A stretch of DNA of 64,000 bases from Leucoraja ocellata (lineage: Eukaryota). Shown piece by piece: positions 49,395-62,192 of this stretch. Both the position numbers and the translations under genes were made by a program. The notes beneath the pieces are model-generated. The model had not been told where the DNA came from, ran no database searches, and saw only the letters and a program-made list of their open reading frames with translations. The stretch lies in contig JAWMAR010000710.1 of the NCBI GenBank assembly GCA_036785375.1, positions 186,001 through 250,000 on the forward strand, given 5' to 3'. Each line of letters begins with the position of its first letter. The stretch's first letter is position 1.

Positions 49395-50915
49395 GTGATG
49401 AAATCAATAATGGTGTTAGCGGAGCTGGTCCTCACCCTCAACAACTTCTCCTTTGACTCATCCCACTTCCTCCATGCTCCAGGCGTAGCTATGGGCATCC
49501 ATATTGACAGCTATGCCTGTATCTTTGTTCGGTACGTTGAACAATCCCTGTTCCAGGCATATACTGGCCATATACCCAAACTCTATCTCCATTACATTGG
49601 TGACTGCATCGGTGCTACCTCCTGCACCCATGCAGAACTCATGGACCATCATCGCCAATTTTCAGCAGGCATTCAAATTTTCTCCGAAGCCTCCCTCCCC
49701 TTTCTTGATATCACAGTCTCCATCAGAAGAAATAGACTATTAACTGACGTCAATTACAAACCCACTGACTCCCACAACTATCTCAACTACACTTCTTCCC
49801 ACCCTGCTTCCTGCAAAGACTCTATCTCCTACTCACAATTCCTCCATATAGTCTGCACCTGCCCCAAAGATGAGTTATTTCATGCTACATAATCCAAGAT
49901 GTCCTCATTCTATAGGCAATGGAGGTTCCCTTCACCCATCATTCTTGAGGCCTTCAATCATGCCTTCTTGGTACCCGGCACCTCCACCCTTGCTCCCCCT
50001 CCCCCTAGTGACAACAGAGACAGAGTCCCCCTAGTCCTTACCTTACACCCCATCAGCCATCGTATACAACACATAATCCTCCTACAGTTCCACCACCTAC
50101 ATCTGGATCCCACCACTAGCCACATTTCCCCATCTCCACAACTTTCCACCTTCCGCAGAGAATGTTCCCTCCACTACTCCCTGGTTAACTCATCCCTCCC
50201 CACCCAAACCACCCCCTCCCAAAATAACTTACCCTGCAACCGCAGAAGACGCAACACCAGTCGTTATACCTCCTTCCTTGACTCTGTCCAGGGACCCTGA
50301 CAGTCATTCAGGTGAGGTACAGGTTTACTTGCACCTCCTCCAACCTCATCTACTGTATCTGTTGTTCAAGATGTAGACTCTTTTACATTGGCGAGACCAA
50401 AGGCAGACTGGGCGATCGTTTCACGCAACACCTTCGTTCAACCCACGTGAACCAACCTGATCTTCCGGTTGCTGCACACTTCAATTGTCCTACCCATTCC
50501 TACACAGACCTTTCTCCTCGTTCTCGTTCCCCTCTATTGTTAGAGTGAGGGTAAATGCAAATTGGAGGAACAGCATCTCATATTTCACTTGGGCAGCATA
50601 CAGCCCAGTGGCATGAATATTGATTTCTCTCACTTCAGGTAGCCCCGCATTCCCTTGCTCTCCATCCCTCCCCCACCCAAATCACATTGTCTTCTTTCAC
50701 CCTACAAACAGCTTACAATGGCCTGTTTCCTTTATCATCATCACTTTTTTGTATATTTATCATACATTGTTCTTTATCTCTCCACATCACTGTCTATATC
50801 TCTCATTTCCCTTATTCCTAACCAGTCTGAAGAAGGATGTCAACCCGAAACGTCACCCATTCCTTCTCTCCAGAGATGCAGCCTGTCCCGTTGAGTTACT
50901 CCAGCTTTTTGTGTC
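49395..50915 (+). mobile_element. Penelope-like element (RT + GIY-YIG endonuclease), degenerate, with terminal repeat
   Basis: LTLNNFSF..GVAMG, YIGD (YIDD-like), LPFLD, YKPTDSH; CTSSNLIYCICC..FYIGETK..LGDRF..H. Confidence 0.92.
50827..50854 (+). ncRNA. Minimal hammerhead-ribozyme-like motif in the Penelope terminal repeat (degenerate stem II)
   Basis: CTGAAGA-aggatgtcaaccc-GAAAC-GTC matches the CUGANGA...GAAA..UH core. Confidence 0.6.
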
Positions 50916-51427
50916 AATTGCCAGTGCTGTGGCTTGTTGGTCACTGTTTAAATGAGGACATTTGTTTTTGCACCAAGGGAAGATTGTAATCTTAGTTGTA
51001 TTGTATTGCATTTATTTTTGAAATGTTTATTATATCAATGATAATACTATACAATATATTATTTCTATTGAAGTCATTATATGGCAACTAATGATATTAT
51101 AATTATTTCTATTGTTGTCATTATAAGGCTACGAATCATATTATAATTATTGTATAAGATATTTCTGAGTTAGTCTTCTCCCATTGATTTTGGTTCCTAC
51201 TGTTGTATTGTGGATTTATTATGTGGAACATATAAAAGTCCCCTGGTGGACATGTTGAGTCACCTGCTACTGCGATTGTCTGTGATCAAAGAAAAGTGAA
51301 GACACTAACTGTAGCCCCATTATTACACATAGCCCTGAGTGACTGGAGTATTCACATCAACACACAGGTTTACACGTGACATTATTAACAGAGAAACTCA
51401 TTATAGATCCATGTCTCACCCACTCAC

Positions 51428-51763
51428 CTTTGATACCATATATTTGATATTGTTTCAGGATTTGCTTCCTCGGCTGTGTTTTAGTCAAAGTGAAGCATCC
51501 CGCCCATTTAAATGCTTATTTTTAATGTCAGTTTACAAGTACTAGCATCAACATCCACCTCCTGGTTCTTGTCTCTGTCTCTCCAGCCATCGCCCCACTG
51601 GATGGCCCAATGCTTGTCCGCTCTGCTGCCAGTTAACACTGTCTGGATTCCCTGCCCTGAGTGTGGTTCCCATTCCCAAACAATGACGTTGCACCAGGAT
51701 TTTCCGGTCCTTTTAAATTAATGCTGCCTCCATTATCCACAAAATAAATCCGATTTCTCTTTT
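51428..51763 (-). pseudogene. Gene C D1 exon (V-like, lacking canonical Cys), two frameshifts
   Basis: Acceptor TTTCCCACAG| and donor |GTGAGT; RIYF..INLKGPENPG / VWEWEPHSG..W..W / FKWAGCFTLTKTQPRKQILKQYQIYGIK. Confidence 0.87.
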
Positions 51764-51877
51764 CTGTGGGAAAGAGGAGCAATGAAGGAATTTAGAACAC
51801 ATTTCCTCCACCCCATGTCAGCAATTTAAAATGTTGAATTCCATTTGTTTCCAGAAAGCTTTGACCTTCCTCTGAAA

Positions 51878-52068
51878 AGACATAAAGTGCTGGAGTAATC
51901 AGCGGGTCAGGCATCATCTCTGGGGAACATGGATAGGTTACAATTTGTGTCAGAACCCTTCATCGGACAACTGTGAATCTGAAGAAGGTTCCTTACCTGA
52001 AATGTCACTTATCCCTATTCACCAGAGGTGCTGACCGACCTGCTGAGTTACTACAGCACGTTGTTTTT
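51878..52068. mobile_element. Head-to-head pair of Penelope terminal-repeat remnants
   Basis: 51878-51965 (-) and 51977-52068 (+) both resemble 50825-50915. Confidence 0.7.
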
Positions 52069-52660
52069 TTCATTCCTTGTGAAGCATAGTCTGAGAAATA
52101 GATTGTCGGAGGTTGGATAAGGGAGTTCAGTATTCCGTCTGCCCATGCCCAGGTCATAGGTCACTAGCTATAAAGTCTCGGCAACAGTGGTGCTGCATTG
52201 TGTGCAGACTTGTGTTTCGTCCGTGGTCGGGGTCGGAGTGCTCTTGTTGCTGCTGCGCCATCCCATCCACGGTGTACCATCCAGGTCCGGAGGTTTCAGG
52301 GGTGGCCTTGGGCTGGCGGTGCGTCCCTGGACTTTCAGCCGTGTGGGTGGGTGGTGGGAGGGGGGGGAACCGTGGACGGTCCAGAAGCGGTTATGCAGTG
52401 CTTGTGGTTCGGCAGCGTTGGTGGTTGCGGGGACACGGGTTCAATCCTGACTGCAAACGAGATGCGGTTATCCGGATGAGAGCTGGTCCAGTCTTCCCCC
52501 CTCCCCCCCCCCCCCCCCCCCCCCCCCCCCACCACCCACCCATACAGCTGAAAGTCCAGGAACAGGGAGAGGAAAGCAAGATTGACAAAAGGGTGCAGGT
52601 TTACACGGACAATGATAAATAAAGCAAGGTGATTGTAACCGGTGAAGTGAAAGCACTTAC

Positions 52661-52748
52661 TCTGTGTGGAAACAGGTCGAAGCAGGAAAACAAAGACACT
52701 GAACATCAAACCATCTGGAAAACCGTTGCAGAGAAACTTCGGCCTCAT
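52661..52748 (-). pseudogene. Gene C leader (signal-peptide) exon, itself intact
   Basis: MRPKFLCNGFPDGLMFSVFVFLLRPVSTQ + 1 nt, then GTAAGT (phase 1), compatible with the D1 acceptor at 51763. Confidence 0.8.
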
Positions 52749-55700
52749 TTTGTGGATTCCCTGTGAGAAATAACGTGCAGTTTTAGACTGAGCCTATCTG
52801 AGACACATATCATCAGCACATTTGGACTACAAGTTGATCGGACACTGAAGGTGGCAGCACAAGTAGATAGGGTAGTAAAGAATGTGTATGGTATGCTTGC
52901 CTTCAATGCTAAGGCCATTGAACATCAGAGTCAGGAAGTCATGATGTAGCTCTATATGACTGGTAAAGAAAAAAAGTTGAACATTTCTCATTTTTAATGT
53001 TTCCATTAAATGTGGACATTTTCATGCCATCCTGAATTATCCTTCAACTGACCCAATTGTGAGCCACTCCAGAGTCACCCACATGATTGTGCCCCATGTC
53101 ATGTACAGAACACACTGTATAAGGATCGCAGGTTGTCTCTCCTTGAGGACGCTGGTGATACGGAGACAGCATTCTGTTTACTTGTTTCTAAAGACCAATC
53201 TTAAAATGCATTATTTTTGTTCTGGTGCTGCCCACTGGGTCAAAGGCTGGACAATGTGGACAGGACCATTGCCCCATGTCCCACACACTGTTACTGTGCT
53301 GAGGAATAAAACAACTATATGACAAAGAGAGGTCCATCTAGGAATGTGGCTGCCTGACCCACTGCAGACTTGGAGGACTGAGTCTGGTGGGTCACCCCTC
53401 ATACAATGGAAGGGATATCACCCCAGGGGGGGAGGGGGGGCAACTGACAGTCAAGGGTGTATTGTGTAAAGATAGTTGGAAACACTACTGAGTGTGACAC
53501 TATTGAATGTATAGACACAAAGAGCGTGTGTGTTAGTTTTGTATAGAAATATGGAACTGCAGATGCTATTTTACCAAGGAAAGACATAAAATACTGGGGT
53601 AACTCAGTATGTCAGGCAGCACTCCTGGAGAACAAGGAGAGTTTCGAGTTGGGACCCTTCAGACTAGTTTCGTATATATGTTTTATTCTGAAATAAAGTT
53701 TATTTTTGAATATAAAAAATGTGAGGTTTGAAGGGGGCTCGGATTCTGTCTTTCCCCATATCACATTCAGGACCTGATGCAAAATTCAGAGCAATGGTTA
53801 GGCTGCATGAAGAGCTGTCTTGCAATTTAACCACAATGATTCGTCTATTCTGACCTCTGGGCTGTTTCGCTTCCTGTTTTTTATCTCGACTAAATTGCAC
53901 AATAAACATCAGAAGTGTGAAGGACAAAGAAAACATCAAACCATCCCCAAACGTATTGAAACAAGCAAAAGAGAATTGGGGGTGAATTATTTGTCACTTT
54001 GAGCCTGTTAAATCATTCAAAACAATCCCATATCCCAATTCTCTCCCGATAAATTTTGATGCATTTTATGTCAAATAAATCTATCCCCTAGATTCAGTGA
54101 CCTGCCATCCAATATTTTCAGTGGGTTGAATTTCAATGGCTCACCATAATCACAATGAAGACGTTTCTCAGCCCTAAATGTTTCACCCCTTATCTTGAGT
54201 TCAAAACCCCTTGTTCCAGATCCTACAGTCACTGGAAATATCCTTACATATCGAGTCTGTCTAGTTCTGCTTTGAATTTTGTTTAACTTGTAGAGGTCCT
54301 GTTTAAGTCTTCCAAACTCCAGTAACTACTGGCTCAGTTAGCTTCTCCTCCTCTTACACATTAGTCCTGCCATTCCAGGAATCAGTCTGGTCAGCCTTGG
54401 CTGCATTACCTCTGTGGCTGAAAAACCCTGTAAGGAGAGCACAAAGACATGTTTGGAGAGACATGGGCCAGGCGCAGCCAATTGTGATGGGGTCAGTTGG
54501 ACATCTTGGTCAGCATGTGTGCGTTGGGTCAATGTGTCCATTTCCATGCTCTACAGCTCTATGACTCTCTGCTGCATCTGTGTATATTTGTCAAGTAACT
54601 CAACTGACTGAGATCGCCTGGAAACCTCTTTGCATCCTCTTTGCTTCTCCTATTTACTCTCAGTTTCATGTCATCAAACTTAGAAACATTAAATTTGTTT
54701 CCTTGTCAATACCATTGATGAACATTGAAAATAATGGACTCAAGAACTGGCTTGATTCTGGATCATTCATCACCACCTGCCACCCTAAATAAGTCTCCTC
54801 TCTGTTTCCTGACTGCCAAATAATTTTCAATTCATACCTGTTAAATATTGCCTAATCCACATATTTTAAAATTCAAAGACCTTCTGAAAATTCGACACAT
54901 CCACTTGTTCTCCCTGAAACAAACAAAAACTATCTGCTGGGGGACTCAGGGGGTCAGGCAGCGTGTGTCGAGGAAAATGTGCAAATGCCCCTGTGTATCG
55001 TGACCCTTCTTTAGTTGCGAATGGTCATCTGTTCATTTACTTCCACAGATGATTCCTGATCCACAAATTCCCTCCAGCAGTTTGCTCTTTGCTCGTGTTT
55101 CCAGCATCTGTAAACTCTTCGGTCACCACATCTTCTCCCTTATCTGTTCTACATGGTACATCACAATAATCTCCAGTAGATTTGTTTGCCATGATTTTGC
55201 TTACATAAATTCAAAAATACATTGTCTTGTCACATAAATTATTTTTAAATATCCAAACACTGTTTTGGAACCAGGAAACACCAAACCAGGTTGGTGATTG
55301 AAATATTTTCATCCAGCAGGTATCAAACAGGAATGTGGAATATGTGGAAAAGAATAAAGAGCTGTCATTTAGTAGAGAGAAACACCACTATTTTATTTTT
55401 TAATCAATGGGAAGTAGCAAATATATTTTTTTAAATTACGCTTTTTGGTCAAGCCACCAACAATGCAATAGTTAGTTACTATCGTTATAATAAATGCATC
55501 CTCAGCACACGTGCCCCATGTTCTGTTCTCAAAGTTTTTTTTTTAAATTACATAAATAGAATTATATGGAATTACATTTAAATGTAATGGGCAAATAGAG
55601 AAGTTGTTTCTGAAGATAACTTCAGCGTGAAAGAGGAATGATTTGTGTTAGGCCCTGTTTACACTTCGAACTCAGCAAGTGCCCCAACAGAGGCATTTGC

Positions 55701-55954
55701 ACCAGATAAGATGATCCCAGCGTTTAGAATGTGAGGGTGATGGACAGTGTGGGTTGGAGGGGGAGATGAGATGAATTACGAAGAGAATGATTCAGGAGTT
55801 GGGGAAAAATATCAAAACATAGGGTGAAGCAGCATAAAAATGAATTGTATTTCTCTGCAGAATTCACACAATATGGGGGAAATGAGTTGTTAACCCAGAT
55901 CAAGGAAGGAGCCTGATTAGATTTATTGTCACGATGAGGACAACACTAACTCCT

Positions 55955-57720
55955 GATTTCCGATGTGGCCATGTTGTGGTGAGGGCACAGCATTGAGCTT
56001 AGCTCCCCGTGAATTGCATAAAAAGCCTTTTAAAAATAGGGAAGATTTTAAAAAATACTCATCGAAGATTGCTTGGCGTTGTGGGAGTGACATCAGCATA
56101 AATCAACAAGAAAATCGTAGTTTAACGGGACCTTTAGATGAGAAAAGGAAAACTTACACGAGGACCCAGAAAAGCCACTATCAGACTTCAGGTTCAAGAA
56201 GATTTGTAAGATCTTCAATCAACAAAGCCTGTTTCATATCAAACAACGGAAAGCTCAGAAGAAGAGTCCATTCCTCAACAAGCACTATTTGAAATGGCTA
56301 CAAAATGAGAGGCCAAAGAAAAGGAGAAGGAGCTAAAACAGCTGGAACAAACGGTAAGAGCTAATCTTACTAAAGATCTTACCAAAGACTTCTCCGAAAT
56401 GTTTGCCAGTATTAATATTACACTCGAGAACAATCTCTGTAAACTGGAAGTTAATTTATCCAAAAAAATTGATGCTGCTTGAGAAGAATCAAGGGAAATG
56501 TATACATCTCTGAAGCAGAAACTCAGGGACTGTGACCAGAGAACAGCAATGGAATTTGAAAGACTAGAAAGTGAATATAAAAAGAAATTTGATATGTTGA
56601 TTGAAGAGATGAAACAGTCTGACATCGTGACAGAAGAGATTACAACTGAAATGAAGGGGGTGGCTCGTGAAATATCGATTCTGAAAAAGGAACAAAGTGA
56701 TAATCGGGAGCAATTGATTAAATTGACGGACAAATGTCAAGATTTGGAGGCGAGGTCAAGAAGACTGAATTTAAGGATTGTAGGAGTAAAGGAGGGATGA
56801 GAGCAAGGAATTGATATGCCGGAGCTTGTCTTTAAGCTGAAGGAAAATGTGAGGATTGATGTGGCTCAAAGAGTCGGTCCTTCCCGAAGAGAAACAAATG
56901 CTCCACCAAGACAAATTATTGCAAAGTTCTTAGATATTTCAACCCCGGAAAAACTCCTGAAGATGATACCACACGGTGAGAGGCTTATATTCGAGGGAGA
57001 GTCCGTGAGGTTCTATAGGGACTACCCTCGCGAAGTAATGGAGAAAAGGAATCAATTCAAAAAAGCAAGCAACACTTTGCAAGGACAACGAGGGATAAGA
57101 TACGGCGTGGTCTATCCGGCCAAAATGTTTATTTCTTACAAAACAACTCAACGTTCATTCAGGGATCCGGAGAAGGCACTTAAGTACGCACAAGAGATTG
57201 TACAGAAAATTGAGAAGGATGATGATTAAAACTTTCAATAAAAGTCTGTACTACAATTAAGATGACGGACCTGCTTCAGACATTAATCAGACAGCCTTAT
57301 CTCAATGGAATGTGTTTTCAATGACAGAGTTCAGATTTCACCTTGAACGAAAGGTTAGAAGATAAACAACTGAAGAAAAAATGACAGGCTGAAGAAAAAC
57401 AGCAGAACTGATATTATGAACTGAATTTAAAGCTTTAACTATTATAATGAAGATTAAATAGTAAAGAACCAACTAATTATATGAAGCTTATTAAATTACT
57501 AACAGTTAAATAATTCCAATAGATGAAATGTAAGGAAATATATCCTGGATGTATTCTAATACTCAATAACTAATGAAAATAGGTATAAGAAGATTATAAT
57601 ACTATAATACTGTGTTAAGGATTTGGAATAGTTCCAAAGGTTCCGACAGGAAGATGGTTAATATTAAGATAAGGAAAATTAACCCTTGGAACAGGCTGGT
57701 AATTAGGTGCATCTCTGAGT
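55955..57720 (+). mobile_element. L1 5' part (5' UTR, decayed ORF1, inter-ORF spacer)
   Basis: Begins GATTTCCGATGTGGCCATG exactly where S1b homology stops; DLEARSRRLNLRIVG, RDYP, YPAK motifs. Confidence 0.88.
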
Positions 57721-57721
57721 A

Positions 57722-58290
57722 TAGGGTGATTTCATGAAAGGTCACTGGAGCGTAGATCCGCACCCACGTGGCCGAAAATCTCAAGTGGAGTACATGCTAT
57801 ACATCCGGTACATGTTAGTGAATGGGAAAACACACACTTTCCCACCCGTTAAAAACATCGAAAACGGTCAGTTTTTGAGCTGCAATTTACTGTGCCAGTC
57901 GGGGTGACCGTGAGGCACAGCTACCTAGATTTACCGTCCAAAAAAAAGATAGAAACTAAGGTAAATTAAAGAGGGAGCTGAAGGTGCCAATCCAACGGAA
58001 GTGAACAGCGGACATTTGCCGTGGAGATTTAAAGGTCCAAAATATCGGGACTTATCGCGTTTGCTCGCTGAATTTCATCAAAAGCAAGGCATTATTGACT
58101 TTTTTTATCTTCATTCATTTGTTATATGAGAAGTTTTAAAAGTGAAAAATCCCTCAGTAAAATTGCAAAATCGCCCACGGTTCTCAGGTGGGTTTTAACA
58201 TGCAAAATGAAAACGCTTCTGAAGCTACATTTACCATTTAAATAATGGTAAACTATCAATGTATTTTGAAATAAATTTTACTCAGATGCA
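57722..58290 (+). mobile_element. One end of the DNA element family that forms the foldback at 39021
   Basis: TAGGGTGATTTCA... matches 39021-39307 directly, and 58009-58100 matches the foldback spacer in reverse. Confidence 0.85.
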
Positions 58291-58294
58291 AGCT

Positions 58295-58489
58295 AAGGAA
58301 TGGGATAATTGTCAGCTGTCGGTTGGACAAAATCAGGCTTGTCTGTTATTAGATGATAAAGAAATAAATAAATAAGTAGTTTGGGTGAATGTGCAGGCTT
58401 TAAACAAGAAACATTGAGAAATATATTTTGGCAAATAATAAAATGTCCTAATTTTGTCCAAATGACAGCTGACAATTATCCCATTCCTT
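58295..58489. mobile_element. Small MITE (195 bp, ~39-bp TIR)
   Basis: AAGGAATGGGATAATTGTCAGCTGTC..GGACAAAAT / ATTTTGTCC..GACAGCTGACAATTATCCCATTCCTT. Confidence 0.85.
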
Positions 58490-58499
58490 TTCTTTGTTG

Positions 58500-59166
58500 G
58501 GTCTCCGTTGTTGTTGGGGCTGGGCAACGTGGAGCGGCCTCCAGCGGGAATGACCTGGGGCTCCAGTCGTGGAGCTGCGGTCCTACTCACCTTCGTGGAG
58601 CTGGCCGAGTCCGAGCAGGTGAAGCTGTGGTGGCGCGCTGCTGCGACCCGACCCCCCGAGATTCGAGGCCGCAGCTGCGGGTCTGGCGGACGGCAACGCC
58701 GGGTACCCGCGAGTCCCTGGTGGGAGGCCGCTTTTCGGGGCTTCCGCAGCAGCGACTTCTCCCGACAGAGTTGCGGGGTTGAGGAGCGCCTGGAGTGGGG
58801 CCTTGCATCACCGCCCCGCGTGGCTTGGAATGGCCGCGGGACTTTGTGAGCACACGCCAGGGGCTCCAACAACAAGACCCAGTGAGCGGTCTTGCATCAC
58901 CCAGCGTGGCTTTAATGGACGCGGGACAATCACCATCGGCAGCGGGGGGGCTTTGACTTTGACTCTGACATCGGGGGGGAGTGCAGGGGAGAGATACGTT
59001 TTTTTTGCCTTCCATCACAGCGATGTGATGGATGTTTGTGTAAATTGTGTTGTGTCTCGGGTCTTTTTTGTTTTGCAATGTATGGCTGGAGAAACGACAT
59101 TTCGTTTGGACCTCAATGGGGTCCAAATGACAAATAAATTGTATTGTGATTGTGATTGTGATTGTG
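58500..59166 (+). mobile_element. GC-rich non-coding retroposon with Rex-like 3' stem-loop and (GATTGT)n tail
   Basis: Tail CATTTCGT-TTGGACC..GGTCCAA-ATGACAAATAAA; related truncated copy at 62193-62381 (-). Confidence 0.65.
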
Positions 59167-59241
59167 TGAGGTGGTATTCTTCTAAGCACCTGGCTATATT
59201 AGGGTAGCCAGCAACACAAAGGCACGAGTATTGAATTTTCT

Positions 59242-60965
59242 TTTTTTTGTTTTTTTTTTTTGTTTTTTGTTTATTTTATTAGAAGTTAATACAGCACAAA
59301 ACAGTACAGTGGAACCTAATTTTAGGTGCCAACTGTGTAATACCGTAATCCATTCTATGTACAACCTCTAGTTTTATGTTATAAGAAGGAAGTAAGCAAG
59401 ACAAGAAAAAGAAAGCAATAGAAAGAGGAAAAAGTGGAAAAATAGATGGTAGAGAGTAGAAAAACGTGAGGTGTGTATATAAAAAATAAAAAAGGAAGAG
59501 AGAAAGTGGAAAGTAGAAATAGAAGAGAGGGCCCATTAAAAGAGAATTTTTCAAATATGTATTCGGAGATGTAGATCTATCCACGTCATGAACTGAAATC
59601 AGCAATCTTTACGGTACCGCTGCATCACATGATTCCAAAAAGTCGATGAAAGGAGACCAACTCCTTAAGAATTGGTCATATTTATCTATTAGTCAGAGTC
59701 TCATTTCTTCAAGGCGTGCTATGTCCATCATATTCCTAATCCGCATTTTAACAGTTGGTGTGGTTGTATTTTTCCAAAATTTAAGTATCAATTTCTTTCC
59801 AATTATTAACCCATAATTAAAAAAAACATTTTGATCTTTATTTAAATTGGTATCTTCTCCTATTATGCCAAATATAAATGTATTGTAAATTTCTCCTGTG
59901 ACTATAACATATCTTCCCTCTTTATCAGATATGGAATTCTTTAATTTAAAAGGTATGCCCTTCCGAATTATAATGGCCGTGCCTCTTGCTTTAGAGGTGA
60001 ATGAGGAGTAATAGGTTTGACCTATCCAATTTGCCCTTAATCTGATCTGAGTTTGTTGTTTCAAATGTGTCTCTTGTAGGAAAGCAATATCCATATTTAA
60101 TGATTTTAATTGTGCCAGAATTTTACCTCTTTTAATTGGCTCATTCGCACCTCTGATGTTCCAACTACAGAAGGTGAGACCTCTGATATTTATTCGACTA
60201 TTATCTTGCATTGGCTATTATTATCAGACTGCATGATTCATGTGATGCAGCCAAGTACCTCAGAATCCCGTATCCAGAGTTGTCCTTCATAATTTCTACA
60301 GTAGTTCTACATCTCCTGACACTATTAAGCATAATTAAGGGAAAGAGAAAGACATAAAATAAAGTGTACATAAAAATGATTGAGTCATACAACACATAAT
60401 TGTGAATAAACAAAAAAAGTGAATGTAATTTATCAAAAAAGCGATAAATTACAAAAAAGCCACCTAAGGTAGCTAGATTTGTATTTAAATTGACCTCCGT
60501 CGATGAGATTATGCACTGGGCCTTATCCCCCTATTAGAATTTGACCCAACGTTAGTCGGTTCCCTCTAATTGTTACCAAAATTATCATATCAGGTCATCG
60601 CTGAACAGTTTAAAATAGAATAAAATAAAAGGGAGGGTAGAAGATTTGGATTAAAATAAAAGTAATTATGGGTTAAAATACCTCGTCAAAAATTACACAT
60701 TTTCATTTACCTGTATGTTAGTTAATTCATTATTAGTATTTAGTAATTAAAATATATGTCTAACCTCCCCCAACCTTCCTGCTATATAGTTAATCGTGTT
60801 AGTATAGGACATTACGCCTTTAACGTTGGTTGAGTATATTGCGCGTAATTGGTTAATTAGTTAGTTAGTTATATGTGTAAATAATAGGTCATATAGTGTG
60901 GAACAGATGCCTCATATCATGTCCATTTCAAAAGGAGACAGTCTCATAGTTCTTCGTGCTGAAGG
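59242..60965 (-). mobile_element. Internally deleted, 5'-truncated L1 with perfect 14-bp TSD
   Basis: TSD GTATTGAATTTTCT at 59228-59241 and 60966-60979; poly(A) tail; ORF 59693-60211 fuses the APE N-terminus to the ORF2 C-terminus. Confidence 0.92.
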
Positions 60966-62192
60966 GTATTGAATTTTCTAACTTCAAGTTGTCTCAGACC
61001 GATGATCCAGTTCCCTGCATTCTCCCCTTCCTCGTCTCTTCCTGTTCCTCCCACACTCTCCCTCAGCCAGATGATGCAGCTAACTCCATGTTGGTTCACT
61101 CAGTACCTCCCGGCACTCAAGTCCTTTCTCTGAATTTCATTTCTCATTAAATTCTTTCCCGAGTGGATCCCCACAGCCTCTAGAGCTCCCAGCTTTTTAC
61201 TGTCGCTCAGCTCTCTGTTTCCATCACTTTGCAATTTCTTCGTTAGTTGATATAGAAAGTTTACAATAACTGTAAATAATGTCTGGCACTATGATATCCT
61301 CCCTCTCTACACTTCTCATCAAAAGCTAAACCCCAGTACTCACAACCATCTCAGTGGAAAGTCCACTTACAAAATGATGGGCACTGGCAGGAGTAGCCCC
61401 GGTGAGAATGGAGAAAATTCAGCAACCAATCTCCACAGGGAATGTTCTCACAATGTGCTAATATTCAGATTAATAACTGCTGATTTGTGGATAAATAATG
61501 GTCAGGAGATGGCAACAATTCCCCTATTGATATCTGTAGATCCACGAAATGCAGGTGAGTTTAGTTTAGAGAGACAGCACAGAATCAGGCCACTAGGCAT
61601 ACCGAGACCACACCAACCAGCGACCCCCACACACTAACATCCACATTCTAGGGACAATTCACATTATACCAAGCCAATTATCCTACAAATCTGTACATTT
61701 TTGGAGTGTGGGAGGAAACCGAAGATCTTGGAGAAAACCCATGCGGTCAAGTGGAGAATGTCCAAATTAGGTACAGACAGCACCAGTAGTCAGGATCTAA
61801 CCTGGGTCTCTGGCACTGTTAAGGCAGCAACTCTACCGCTGCACCGCTCAGAGAATGCGGGCGACATACTGGTGATTATATAATCTTACAGATACAACCT
61901 CCAACAGTTCAGTTCTCCCTCATTTCTACACCTGAATGAGAACTGAAATTCATTTTTTTCAGTAAAACCATTATTGTCAGTTGTTATAATTCTGAAATAC
62001 AAGCTGAAGGGACAGCAAATTTCCCTGCAATGGTCATTTTTGATGTTGCATCATTCATCTTCATTATTTTTCTACAATATCTCTGGAAGCTGAATACAGA
62101 TGTTGAACAAGTGTGCAGAAAACCGATTCCAACTTTAAAGTAATCAGGCAGGAAATGCGATGCACTTAAAAGCTTGATGCAACGATTATGTT

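Noticed and set aside
58333-59207. Overlapping 113-200 aa ORFs on both strands
   Set aside because: GC-rich repeat sequence with few stops; the ORFs cross element boundaries and show no domain motifs.
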